Below, in pieces: positions 1 to 12,400 of a stretch of 64,000 nucleotides of DNA. The stretch is taken from assembly GCA_012026655.1 (NCBI GenBank), contig JAAILG010000505.1, positions 1 through 64,000 of the forward strand. Reading direction: 5' to 3'. Below the pieces are notes generated by a model. That model ran no database searches. It had not been told where the DNA came from and saw nothing but the letters and a program-made list of their open reading frames with translations. The stretch is from Hydrolagus affinis (taxonomy: Eukaryota). Every line of letters starts with the position of its first letter. Position 1 is the stretch's first letter. The translations under genes and the position numbers were made by a program.

Positions 1-39
1 GAGCATTCTGGGTCTTGTAGTTCAGTGTGCACGCATTCC

Positions 40-161
40 GATTTTTTACCTTGATATATCGACTTTTCGATATATCGATATTTTTGAAATGCCTATATTG
101 GCGTATCGATATGAAAATTATATCGGGTTTTAGCGATATATCGATATATCGCCGGACTCTA
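40..161. mobile_element. End of a non-autonomous DNA transposon (hAT-like, TAG terminus) with subterminal ATATCGAT repeats
   Basis: CpG-rich run of gatatatcga/atatcgat motifs ending gcgatatatcgatatatcgccggactcta, resembling the TAG..GGCGATATATCG ends of fish MITEs. The other end is not seen. Confidence 0.45.
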
Positions 162-1786
162 GTTTTCGATGTTAAATATTGCTTCCCACACATCCTTCTA
201 TTCCATTACTTTATATGGAAATCTCTCCTAGTCATTTTCCTTTGTGGAAACCAATGCTGTTGCCAGTCTAGATTTTGATCCTTGAGTACCTAGTAATTCA
301 ATACATGTGTATGAGCCAAGTTCAGTCTGGTACCAAGTGTTGACAATAGTGAGGTCAATGGAACTGGCATTCAAACTAGGAAAGCTTCAGATTTTATGCA
401 AGTATCAACTGAGCAGTTCTCTTCCTGCTTACATGTGTGAAAAGCAAAGGGGGGTGAAAAGCAGATCTACCCATTTCAATTGTAGAAGTAACACAATTTA
501 TTCAGATTTGTTTCACAAATAGGAGGAGGAATAGTATTTAACATTTTTTTTTCCCTTCACAGTTATCCTATTTAAAACAAGGTTATTGGACTTTTTGAAA
601 GTCGAGCCATAATTCAACTTCATTTGGAAATCGCAGTTATGCAAGACAAGTGATTGTTAATAGGAAAATTACAAATTTTTGATTGATGTTTGTGATTAAT
701 CCAACTTAAATTCCTTCCCCTTTCATGCACATACTCATACTAGCTTGTGCCATAAATACTATTCCAAGGCTGAAACGCCCTGATGAATTGCAGCTTGAAT
801 GCATTCCAAGTAATTTGAGAACCTTGGAACTTGCCTTTATGATGTGTTGTTTCCACTTGTTAACCTGGATTCTGCAATTGAAAATTTTAAAATATTTTCT
901 TCCCCCAGGTGATCTTTTGCTGCTTCATCTTTGAGTTTTGTTGGAAACAGCTTCAGAGATAGTTACAGTATAACTCTGCCTCTAAATTGAAGGGATTAAG
1001 TAAAGGCAGAATGACTTGTGAGTGGAATGGAGGGTGCAGGAACAGAATACAAGCTGAAAACAAAATTGAATTTTTTTTATTGTGTGAAAATACTGATAGT
1101 GATAGCAGTTTAAGCTAGTCCAGCAGTCATACCAGATAAATAATGCCAACAGGAAATTCAGGTAGTGTTATCATTGTGCTTTATAGTAGCTGTATTTATT
1201 ATTTAAAGACTGTGTCCAGATAGCTCCAGTGATTTTTATTTTCCTCCCTCCTATTCTACCCCCGGCAATGTTTGGTAATTATATAAACCGGTTGATAGTT
1301 TTGAAATAAATCTTACCTTTCATCTTTGCTGTGTTTGTCCTTCTCCTGAGTTCCCCCAGGTCATGTCTAAATACCCTTGGTGAGGCTGGGTTTGCTTTCT
1401 AGTCTGCCTTTCTTGCTCTGTTACAAACCCCAACAAGTTCTATGACTTTATTTTCGGTTCAAATACAAATCCTTCCTTCCCTCACCAGTACTGACCACAA
1501 CGGTACATCCTCTTTCTTTTTAATAGCGGGCGATATTTGTTGTAGTCAGTTATTCTCTTGTGTATTTAGTGGTTTGTTTCCTTCATAACTGAGAAGATGG
1601 GCATGCTGATTCCTCCAAGGAATCGGGTTTGTTGAAAGACTTGGTAGTAGAATTGATTAAAAAGTGAAATTCTCAATCTTCATGTGAGAAATTTAAGCTA
1701 CTAATTACAAAAAATATAACTTGAAAAAAGGATACATCAAAAAGTAGATATAAAACGACTAGTTTTTGTTTTTTTGCTTGTTCTAG

Positions 1787-1915
1787 GACCAGGATGAAAT
1801 CAGACCTCTATCCACATTGGCTAACTTGGCAATTACTATAACTGATATCCAGGATATGGATCCTATTTTCATCAACCTTCCATACAGCACAAATATATAC
1901 GAGAACTCCCCTCCG
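1787..1915 (+). CDS. CDH23: Cadherin-23 internal coding exon (129 nt, phase 0-0): DQDEIRPLSTLANLAITITDIQDMDPIFINLPYSTNIYENSPP
   Basis: Acceptor ttgcttgttctag, donor CCG|gtaag. Translation closely matches the recalled vertebrate CDH23 EC2/EC3 junction (RPLSTLANLAI.ITD.QDMDPIFINLPYSTNIYE.SPP). Confidence 0.96.
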
Positions 1916-4071
1916 GTAAGTGATACCTTTTCATATGTTTTCACAATTCCTATTGCTGACGGAATAACTGCTATCAAACAGCTTAGAATAGAACATAAAG
2001 GATAGATGTGTTCATTACTTGAACAATGATGCGTTACTTTTAAACAATGTTCATTCTAATGCACACAGGGTTTTCATCCATGAACTCACCATTCCCACAC
2101 ATCCCCAGTTAATCATAAAAATACTGACGGGAAGTGCCACTGTCCCCATTGCCTCATATCGGCCTGAAAAAAACATGATGTGCAACCACATTGACCTTTC
2201 TGGTGAAGCATTGTGCCTCTTTAATGAGCAGACAAGACTCACCATTATCTTACCATTTGAATCACTCTCTAACACGTTTTAATACTTGTGAAGTACAGTA
2301 GAATAGCGATGGTTAACTCAAAGGATATGAATTGTATAGTATTATCAGGTTATCTAAAAGGTATTGCAACAGTTTTTAATTTAACATAAATTTGATTGGG
2401 CTGTAATTTCAATAAAAGAGAAGAATTATATACCTTGCAGATTTTATGGACCTATAAACTTCATATGGATAGAAGCAGCGCAATTTTAAATTGATGGAAA
2501 AGGCCTTTACACATTAAAATCTACTAAACCCAAAATGCAATGGTATTTCCAAAATTTCCAGAGGTACTTCAGCAAACATTCTCATTATGGCTTCAGAATC
2601 TCACATAATGGCAATGTAGTAATTCTTTTAATTAAATATTTAAATATAATTAGAATGAACAGTAACGATAGAGTGCCAGTGTATCAATAAAGCTCAATCA
2701 AGCATGTCCTTCAAATGTTAAATGAATGGAATAGAATGTCTGTTATATAAAACTTAGATTAAAATTCAAACTGTGCATTTTTGATTACAATAAATAATTG
2801 CCAACATGCTAACAATGTAACAGAAACGTTACTCAATAGGCATACTTAAACAATGGAAGATGTTGATGTATTCTCTTTCGAAGCAATTGGCTACAGCCTT
2901 TCACTTTCTGGGCATTCTCATCTCTATATTGTTGACTTTTTATATTACTGCACATATCCTCCAAATAAAGCTGTAGTTTATTAATAAACATTTTCTGTTG
3001 CCTGTACTGCAGCTTTTGATTGCATTCTCAAAATGTATGACAAAATGCAACCATTTTGATAACCTTTTGCTTCTCATATAATCTTCTTGTGTGTACCAGT
3101 GTCCCAAACAGTTGTTATGGTATACACCCTGGAGGACAGTTAGCTTCCAGGTTTTAGGTTCACAAATGCATTGTATTTGTTTAAATTTAGCCACACTAAA
3201 ACCATATCTATAAAATGCTAATAAATATCTTAGAATAAGTTCAATATTTGAAACCCATCTCTCTAAGCTTTATGCAGCATCTGTAAAGACTAATGTAATC
3301 TCAACCTCTTCATTGTGTGATATGTCCCCTGTGTTGTATTAGGTGACTTTTTATATTTTCCGTGAGATTTTCAATAACCATTGATGACAATGGCTTTCGA
3401 TTGCATAAAAGATGTTTATTACCACAGATCAAAATCACTGCAAGGAGATATACTGCACACAGTTGTTTGTCATACAAAGTTATATGAATGATTTGAAATT
3501 ATTATTCATCTGGTTTAGTGGGAAAGTACAATTCTCTCAATGAAATAAGAATCCCATATAGAATAAAATGATATAGGTTTTCTATTAAGTATTTGAGACA
3601 ATCTCATGAGTTATCTTACTCGGTGTACATACCATATGTTGTATTTGATGCATGGAAAATGGGCATTTCCTATTTCAGTGCTTATAGAAACCAAATTTGA
3701 TTTTTCCACATATATATTTTACTGCAATAAATAGTGCTCAATGCCATAGAAAAAATACTGTTGGAACTGCTCAATAGATCTAGTTTAGCTTCATATATAT
3801 TTTTAAATCCTCAATTTGGCTGCTTGGAAAACACAAGGAGGAAAGAAAGAATGAATGCACACCAAGTAGTAGATTGCAGAAAAATAAAGATGAACAGCGG
3901 GGAGAATTTTTGTTCAGCCAAGTGTCTGACACATGTGTAAATCCATCACCACACTTACAAGTATCCAAACCAAATAGAGTTCAATGCATCCTACAAGGAG
4001 AAAGTAATTACCACAGTGGAGAAAATATTTTTTAAAGTGTGCGCTTTTTTCATTTAATAGCATTTTCACTT

Positions 4072-4136
4072 AGCGCTTTGGGACATCCTCCCAATGTGAA
4101 AGGCGCTCTATAAATGTAGTTTTTGTTGTTATTGTT
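4072..4136 (+). mobile_element. L2-type 3' stem-loop/tail stub (~65 nt)
   Basis: agcgctttgggacatcctcccaatgtgaaaggcgctctataaatgtag followed by a (ttg)n tail. Same as the 3' end of the L2 at 58642. Confidence 0.7.
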
Positions 4137-5496
4137 AATCTCGTCACTGATCAGTGCCCTTTTTAATTGCTTAAATCCAATCCAACAAGAATAAAAATTG
4201 TCAAACTCTAGCTGCATAGTTAATTCTGTATATAATATATATCGAAAATATAGCAATATAGCAATATACAGGGTGGAGAGGAGTATGTTCAGTGCACAGA
4301 ATCGTATATTGGTATAAATGTAGAAATTTCTATAAACTATTGGTTTGTGTCCCATTCTGCATTTGGTAACACCTCAAATATTTTACAAGTACACTCTTCA
4401 TATAGTCTGAGTACATTGTGAATATCAACGTTCAATTCAGTTAATTTTATTCCAAATCAAATTAAGGGGAGAGGATGAATAGAGAAACATTGATATACAC
4501 TTGAACTGTGCCTTTCATTCACCATCCACAAAGCTGTATGATTGTAGTCTGGAACAATTGCCTCTTCTTTCCCCTCCCCTATGGAGAGATAAGATTGAAT
4601 TTGGTGGTAAGAATTGTCCAAGGGGTAGACAATTGGGAGAATTATAGACCACTGATAAGAAAGGTTTTTACAGATATTCCTCTGTAAATTGTCCATGAAT
4701 ATTTTAAAGTAGGAGTTTATGAATGCATGGGAGCCATAGTACTTTTGTTATTGGCATGATGAATACACTGAATGGTTAGTTTCTAAAAATGTATTTCTCT
4801 GCTGACTGCAAGAATGTTGCTGTCATTATCAATGAATTATATTTTTTAATTCATTACTGCCCTCCTGATTAATTTGATAGTGAAAAAAATATGAGTATAA
4901 AATTGGTGCGTCTAACTAACTGATGGAAGCATGCTTGTGAAACCATTTAAACGTTTTAATTGGAAAATCATATATTCTTGACAAAGAAGGAACTATCATT
5001 TCATTTGCTTTTAATAATGCATTTACTTAGTGAATTCATTATAAAACTACCAGCTGAATAGAAATGGAAAGAAATCTGTTCTTTCCCCCTTCACTTTCAG
5101 TCATTCACTTTCTCACACACGAACATAGATGCATAGAATAAATTCCCAGTAAAAGCAGTTGTTGCCTCCTTCAAAATGATCCTGGGTGAATATGTTTGGA
5201 TGAGATCGGAGATTAGTAAATGGTGCACAAAACCTGATGCTTCTTGGGGTAGGTGGTAGGTGTGACACAGAAGATTGGAGCCTGGGTTGAACTGTGAAGA
5301 TGCGAGGATAGAATGGTTAGAATATTGCCTGATAATCTCGAGAGATTTGAGTGTATTGATGCAGAGTCTTGATTCAAGAGATGAAGATCATTGGGCAGTA
5401 GATTTGTACAAGGCCCATGGAAGGTCCAGGCTTGATGGACCAGCAACTGGAAAGTGACTAGCAAGTGTGAAACTGTACTCTGTGGAAAGAAAAGGA

Positions 5497-5592
5497 ATAA
5501 TAATAATCCTTGCATTTGATACAGTGCATTATCACATTGTTGAAACATATCAAAACACTATACAGAATATATTATAAAGTGAATTGACTGAA
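5497..5592 (-). mobile_element. 3' fragment of the tRNA-derived SINE family
   Basis: taataataatccttgcatttgatacagtgc...aaagtgaattgactg matches the tails of the full copies. Confidence 0.75.
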
Positions 5593-6869
5593 TCAAATTG
5601 CCTCCAGAGGGTTGGGGAAATAATTAGTGGAAAGAAAATGAGTAACTAAGTATGGATAAATAAATATGACCAAACTTTCCTCCAAGTCCTGGCCTTGCTA
5701 CCTTGTTAAGTATTCCAAATTGACGACTGCTAGTCATTGATTCACTGACCAAAAGAAAACAGTTCTCCTGATCTACTCTTATCAAAACCCTTAATATTTC
5801 CAAAGACTTCTATAGGGCTTTCCGGCTTCCTGTGTTCAGAAGTGTGTAGGAAATATACTGAACTAGTTGGCTGGCCTATTGGACCAGCTTTTTTGCTCCT
5901 TCCAAGATAAACTTGCATTTTTCTGTAAACAAGGAAAAGGAGGAATTATAAAAATAAAGCACAGGTCAGGTTGATAAAATAGCACTGATAATGCATAAGA
6001 AAAGTCAAAGAAAAATGAAAGAAAAGTGAAGTACAGAGATAGAAAGGCACCAAAAAATCAAAGAAAAAATAACATTAAAATCAGAAAATATATCCATGGC
6101 TCACTGACGTGCGAAAGCTGAAATGTTTGCCCAGGAATAAAACTATTTGTATACTTAGAAATAATCTTTGAAATATAGCTCACCTTTCCAACATTGTCAT
6201 TCTGTGAGTTCCACTGTTTAACCAGGCTCGGACACGATTGTTAGATACCCTTTCCCTCGATTGCCAGATCATTTGTAAATGAGGGATTTGGAGTCAGATC
6301 TCCTGGGGCAGTAAATGAACTGCTATAAATTCTGGAAATAGGATGCTGAATACTGCACATTGCTTCTGTTCTCCTGTAATACCCTCTTTAGCGTAGTTGC
6401 TGGTTTGGAAAACACAATTACTGCAGTGATTTATGGTCTCTGTGGTCCATTTGCACTTTTTTTCAAAGGTCGGTAGCTTAGGATTTATGGGTGTCACTGA
6501 TTCAGGTCTAAATGTGCTTTTGATTTTGAAACCTGCTGGCTTGATACACAGTAACTGAACAAGAATTTTCAATCAGTCCTCAATCCTAAGTGAGCATCTT
6601 GAACCCACTGCTTCTGGGCTATTTTCTGTGCTCAGTCTACACGTACAAAGCTATCTAATTACATGAACAATGCCGACATAAGGAGGAAATGTCTTTTCCT
6701 TTAGCAGATTTTCATTACCAAATAGTTGTTACACTAAATGCTTGGAAACATGTTAATTTTATTCAGCGTTACTCTCTGCTCTATGAGTAACATACATTTA
6801 TTTTGTTAGTTTGGCCATTAAGCTGGTAAATGAAGGGGTTAAAGTAGCATAGGTGGTGCGCTCTTGATA

Positions 6870-7150
6870 AACTTGGAGGAAGTGGTTCTCATCACAGCTT
6901 CTCCCCTGAGGCCAAAGGCATGGGTCCATCAGCACCATTTATTTACACACAGGTTTGTGAAAGTGTCCAATGCTCTCCAACCAGAAGTCCACACATACAG
7001 ACCAGATGGGGATGATTCAGTGGGAGATAAATGGATGCTAGAAAGTTATGGCTGTTAAAGAATTATAAAGATAAGTAAACGGGTTTGCAAATAGGCCACA
7101 TCTAATAAAATGGCAGAGCAGACTCGATGGGATGGGTGCTCTTGTTTTGT
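6870..7150 (+). mobile_element. Highly decayed CR1 LINE 3' region
   Basis: catttatttacacacaggtttgtgaaagtgtccaatgctctcc resembles the CR1 FFTxRVVxxWNxLP region, and tggcagagcagactcgatggg resembles a CR1 3'UTR. Confidence 0.5.
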
Positions 7151-7280
7151 TCTCCTGCAAAGAGATTTTTGATGAAAGCTAATTGTCATTCTTTCTCCCC
7201 TCAAGGAGGGAAGGTGTAAATTCTATGCAGTGCTCGATCTTGACAAAGAATAGATGAACTTGTCACGTGTGTGACACGTG

Positions 7281-7399
7281 CCTAGGTTTCCTGCAGCTAC
7301 AGAGATGCCAATCGGAATGCCTAACCTGAAATGTTCTAGGTCCTGGAGTATTTCAGGTTAAAGCACTCTGATTGGCATCTCTGTGACTGCATGTCTAGG
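7281..7399. repeat. Long imperfect palindrome (arms 7292-7340 and 7342-7391)
   Basis: 49/50-nt arms differ by 8 transitions and 1 indel. Confidence 0.9.
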
Positions 7400-8128
7400 T
7401 CATTCGAATGGTACTTTATTTTGTAGGTTTTACTTGGTATGTTTCAGACAAGAGAGTGTCAATATTTGATGAAGAGTTGAGATTTATGCTTTTGCCAGAA
7501 CACTGTTGCATTTTATCTATCACACAAGCTACCTCAATTGTTTCTCTAGCTTTGAATTGTGGAATCAATATGGGAACAGGGGAATTGGTTTCATTTTAAT
7601 TAAAATAGAATAAGTCACTAGTAAATGATTAAATTTGCCCTTTGACATTTTGAAAGAAATTGCTTGCTGCTGCAGATTACCGATGCTGGTGTAGTTATGC
7701 TTCATTAATTAAAATGTGAGTCTACTATTTGACATTTTCTACATGAGCAAATATATGGAGTTTTTTTTCTATGAATCAGAAAGAAGTTAATCAGCAGAAT
7801 TGAACTTTCATAACAATTATTTGAACCTTTCTTGTGGTTAGCTATAAATTAGTTCACTTTATTTCTTGTTCTTTATAGCATTTACTTATGTTACAATCAA
7901 ATGGTACATAGTTTAGACAATGATTATGACAAATTGCTGAATTGCTTTAAGCAGGAGTAATATTGTAAATCATTTAGGTTTTCTGGCACTTTAAACAACA
8001 ACAATGCAGTTCATTGCGATGTTATAATTCAACTAATTATAATGGATACCCCAAATGTCAATATCTAAGTAAAACAATCCTGCCTCAAACTGTCTCAATG
8101 GAACCCAATTGAAAATTGCATCATGAAT

Positions 8129-8483
8129 TAATAATAATAATAATCCTTGCATTTGATATAGTGCATTATCATGTCTTGGAGACATCTCAAAGCGCTTCAC
8201 AAAATATACTGTAAAGTGAATTGATTGTATATATTGTGGGCACAATGCAGCAGCCAATTGTGCACAGCAGCCTCGCACAAACTGTCATGGAATGAGTGGC
8301 CAAATTATTACCCCTGGAAAGCGATCCATCAATCGACTAACAACTGGGTTCCTACTTACTACTAGGTAAACAGAACGTGGGGGAGTAAGGAAACCTGCCC
8401 AATGTTTTATCCTGCCAAGGAATTAAACCCAGGTCCTCGAGCTTGCGAAGCGAGTGCTCTAACCACTGAGCTACAGGGCTCCA
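8129..8483 (-). mobile_element. Full-length tRNA-derived SINE, long variant
   Basis: Minus strand: tggagccctgtagctcagtggttagagcactc (A box), ggtttaattcc (B-box-like), central body, L2-type tail, (TTA)n. Confidence 0.88.
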
Positions 8484-8701
8484 TAATTAACAACCTTATT
8501 GTGTAGATCATACCTGATTATTTGGTAGGATCCATGTGACTAGACTTGCGTTCCATGAATCAGATGGTATTACAGTATTGGGTATTGATGCCTCTTTTCT
8601 CCCCATGTGCATAAAATTTTGTCTTCAATAATTCAAAATGATGTTTTCGTTACAATCAAGTAAAATGTCACATTTTATAAGTTTTATTGTTTTATTCCCA
8701 G

Positions 8702-8780
8702 GGCAAGACAGTCCGTGTTATTACAGCTATAGATCAAGACAGAGGCCGGCCTCGGGGCATCGGCTATACAATTGTTTCAG
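8702..8780 (+). CDS. CDH23: Cadherin-23 internal coding exon (79 nt, phase 0-1): GKTVRVITAIDQDRGRPRGIGYTIVS(G)
   Basis: Acceptor ttttattcccag, donor CAG|gtaag. Has the cadherin AxDxD motif and continues the frame of the previous exon. Confidence 0.96.
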
Positions 8781-9107
8781 GTAAGACAGCACGTGCATTA
8801 TTAAAGAAAATTATTCTATCACATGCAACAGTAGTAAAAAAAAAGTAGTTGCAGCAATGTACAGTGTAAATGGGAACATATAACTATCGCTAATTCCCAG
8901 CAGAATTGGGGAAAAATAGAATCTGGTGTTGGAAGGGTTGCAGTAAAGATGAATTAAGAAAAAAAAACTGTTAATGGATTGACTTCTTAATCTTGTTCTT
9001 GGAATCCATGTTTTAATTAAGCATAAATGCCCATTCCATGTCTAAATCCTGATTGTTGGCACAGGAAAGGCTGTGTTCATACACAATTAATGGTGCTCAT
9101 TAGCAAA

Positions 9108-9260
9108 TGCAAAAAGGGATTTGGGAGTGATTATCAACCAATTACTGAAAGTATCTAGTCAATGAAGTGTTATTGCAAGCAGGACTAATTGAATACTGGC
9201 ATACTTGCAGGTTAACCACATGTTAACACATTGGTAAACCCACATTTAGAAAGCCATGCA
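9108..9260 (+). mobile_element. Decayed CR1 LINE ORF2 C-terminal fragment
   Basis: Reads KRDLGVII..LKVSSQ*..ASRTN*ILAY...LVNPHLE, matching the CR1 ERDLGV..LKxSxQC..LVRPHLEY pattern. Confidence 0.6.
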
Positions 9261-9291
9261 TAAATAGTTTCCCATTATATACAACAATTTG

Positions 9292-9414
9292 GGATTACCA
9301 CTGCAACCACACGTCATCAATAGGGTAAAATTAACCTGTCTCATGACTGTCTAAGGCCAGCTCATATTCCTTTTAGTAGGTGAACAATGCAGCTGAATTG
9401 TTGATTTCTGCTTC
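9292..9414 (-). pseudogene. Decayed 28S (LSU) rRNA fragment, domain V 3' half up to just before the sarcin-ricin loop
   Basis: ggattacca..gtcatcaatagggtaaaattaacctgtctcatgactgtctaaggccagctca..ggtgaacaat..ttctgcttca is the reverse complement of the conserved eukaryotic LSU segment (TGAAGCAGAA..ATTGTTCACC..TGAGCTGGGTTTAGACCGTCGTGAGACAGGTTAGTTTTACCCTA..TGGTAATCC). Confidence 0.88.
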
Positions 9415-12400
9415 AAAGGAGTTTTGCTTTCGTCAATAGTGTTATCCGACACATTGGAAACTCTTCACCAAACCAACCATTGAGAGTTCACATATGTATA
9501 GTTTCATTACAAACACCTTGTGTCGATCTTGCTGCTTACATTGAGATTTGGGTAAAGATTTGCAGCAAGTCTGGCGCAATCCAAAGGACCAATCGAAACA
9601 TCACTGTTCACATCATAAATTGACAAACTTTCCTCAGAAGTGAGCGAGTTAAGGCTGTACTTGTTGCTATGCACAGTCATCCTTCCAGTAGAGGCTCTGA
9701 CACTCCAGTGTCGCTCTTTTTCTGCCAACTCTGCTTTCACTTCTAAAAACGTGATGTTCACTTATGTGCGTGCACAACTTTGAAATTCCGTGCTGTGTAA
9801 CTGGTGTGTGATGCTCTTGCCTTCCTTGATTTTGTCTCTTGGTATTTTGATAAGCATTTCACATGACATAGCTTTGTGCCTATTTTAGTCTCACTTCCCA
9901 CTGTAGCTTTCTTCTTAAACTCACCAAGTGCCTAGTATTTTATTCCTCCGTCATGAAAGGTGGTTTCTGGAACTCCCCACTGTGCTACTGGTGCCTAAAA
10001 GCAGTATGTGGTGATTAAACCCAGTAAAACATAAAACCTTCCTCTGTGGGAAAGCATCTTGATTTGCTAAGTTCTCCTGATAGTTGTAGCTGTAGCAGAA
10101 ATTAGCTGGTCCCACACTCACCAACATACTGCACTTCTGTGACATTACATTTTAAATGAACAGATGTTGACTCAATTTATGATGCAAATATTTTTAAATT
10201 TGCAGGTGGTTCAGATTTGCTGGATTAGTTTCCAATTTAAAAGCAGTAATTGTAGTAAATTGCCAAGCAAGGAACTTTAAATGAGTCCAAGCTAATGAAG
10301 ATAAGAATGTTGTTTCTTTGAAGGAAAAAAAAGTCTTGTTAAGGAAGGGTCAGTGAATGAGCAGCTTGTTCCAATACATGTGTTTGTTGATATGTCAACA
10401 AATGATGATTTGTAGGGTTGGTTAAGCCCTCAAGTCCAACATAAGGCAAACGTGAGCAAAACAGCAGTGCAGGTTTAGCTGTAATAGAATTGGGGAAACT
10501 GTACTTCTGTTTTGAAAAATATGAAAGAAATTTGAACTGTTTTCAAAAAATAATTTTCAAGAATAAATAAAATGTTATGTTTGACAACTTTGGATCCATG
10601 GACACTAAACTTGTTATTGAACATAACAATACTGTTGTTTTCTTCTTTTAATTGTAGTATTGTTAATGCTGAGTTTTAAAGTCTCTTCATCTTCCCTTTC
10701 CGATCTACTGTCCCTGTTGTGGTATACATAATCTGATGTAGTAATAATACTTGGGTTCGATATTTCAATGCAACGTTGACTCAGTCCTGCGTTGGAGTGT
10801 CATCTGAGAGTTGGGTTCAAAATCCAGATGAGGGTCATGAAAGTTGCTCATGTGATCAGCAAGCTGATTCAAAATTCAAATCTCTCATTGTGTATTGTAC
10901 TTTAGGGTGACCAGGGGCCTACATGCCAAAATTAATTAAACACAAATAAAAATCACATCTGCAGTAACTAGATCTTGTAAAATGCAGGTCCATCAATGCA
11001 GGTCATCAGTTTATGGTTCAAATTTTCCCGTTTAAATTCAATGTGAAACAAACTCTGCATCAATAATTGTGATGAGAAGCATCCTCCTGATGTGAACAGT
11101 GGTATATTAATGCAAATTGTTGTTGCTGAACAGCTGAATTATTGGTAGAACATGAAATGTGCTCTCCAAAGCCCTGGTAAAGACCCTAGTCCTCTGTACT
11201 CAAAAAACAATTTGTCTTTATTTAGTCAAACCAAAATGGTGGCCTTCCTTAATTTTTTGTCATGCACACTCTTTGATTAGATAAGGAGTTTGGTTGGTTT
11301 GGGAAGCAATTTTGTATTGTAACCTTGAAGTATGTTAACATGTACAGAAGAGGATTAAGTATTATAGGTGCATTAAATTGGGGAAATGTGCTAGGATAAT
11401 TCTTTATTCAGCACATATCACAGTTGCCTATTTGGGGTTATTGCCTAGACTCATAAAATACTGTTTACTTAGGATTCCATATTCTCATAATTTATGGTGA
11501 AAAATGTATTGCTGAATCTGATCCATTTCAGCAAACTGGAGGATTTTGCTAAATTTTATCTAATTTAAAAGCCCAAGATTTTATGTGACATCATGTTGTT
11601 GAAATCTTTCATATCTCTATCAGAGACTGAATAAGTCTCTTAGGATAGATTATTAGGATAGATAATCTTATGATGTTTAAGTCTGGTTTGTGTTGTTCCT
11701 TACTAGGTTTTATGGTTGTCAGATATGCACTGAGAAGACTAATGTACCCTTTTCTTGTAAGATCAGATTCCAAAGAACATAAATCAAACATCTGTGGTGA
11801 CACTTGACTGACTGGTAATACTTTATAGGTTTTCAACCAGCTGGAATAGATAGTAAAAGTGGCATAATGTAATGCATTTATCAGATCTCCCATTCTCTGC
11901 TGAGTAACATTTGAAGAGTACTCCTTCAGAAATAAATTCTTAGAAAGTGTGAAAAGAAAATTGACCTTCAAAGTCCCGTTTAAAGTCTAGGAAATGGCTG
12001 ACCAATGTACAATTCAATACAGAATCATTTTCAACACCACTGGCCTTCAAATATGATGGAAATAAGACACTTTTGGCAAAACTTAATTTGCAAAAAATAA
12101 GTTATAATCATACCTCAGGAAGATTTTATATGGTCCAGTAGAGCATCACATTGTTATCCAAACAGCAGAATATTAGCTGACTAGTTTGCTTTTAATGAAA
12201 GGTGTACTGTAGCATTGAAGGGAAAAGAATAAGTGCAAATGAAAACAATTAAGGATACAAAAAGATAGGGATGTACATTACCAAGCAAAATTCAAGTTTG
12301 AAAGACTGAACCAGCATTTCCAGAGATAAAAATCAAAGATTTATTCCTATCTGCATGATTTTGACACAATCTAACTGCAGAGAATTTGTCAAATTCATTC

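Noticed and set aside
1783-1977. Minus-strand ORFs over CDH23 exons (also 27277..27588 and 62618..62893)
   Set aside because: Antisense shadows of real coding exons.
9507-9761. 84-aa minus-strand ORF (LEVKAELAEKERHWSVRAST...) as a nested antisense gene
   Set aside because: GTG start, stops in all upstream frames, no recognisable domain or splice signals.
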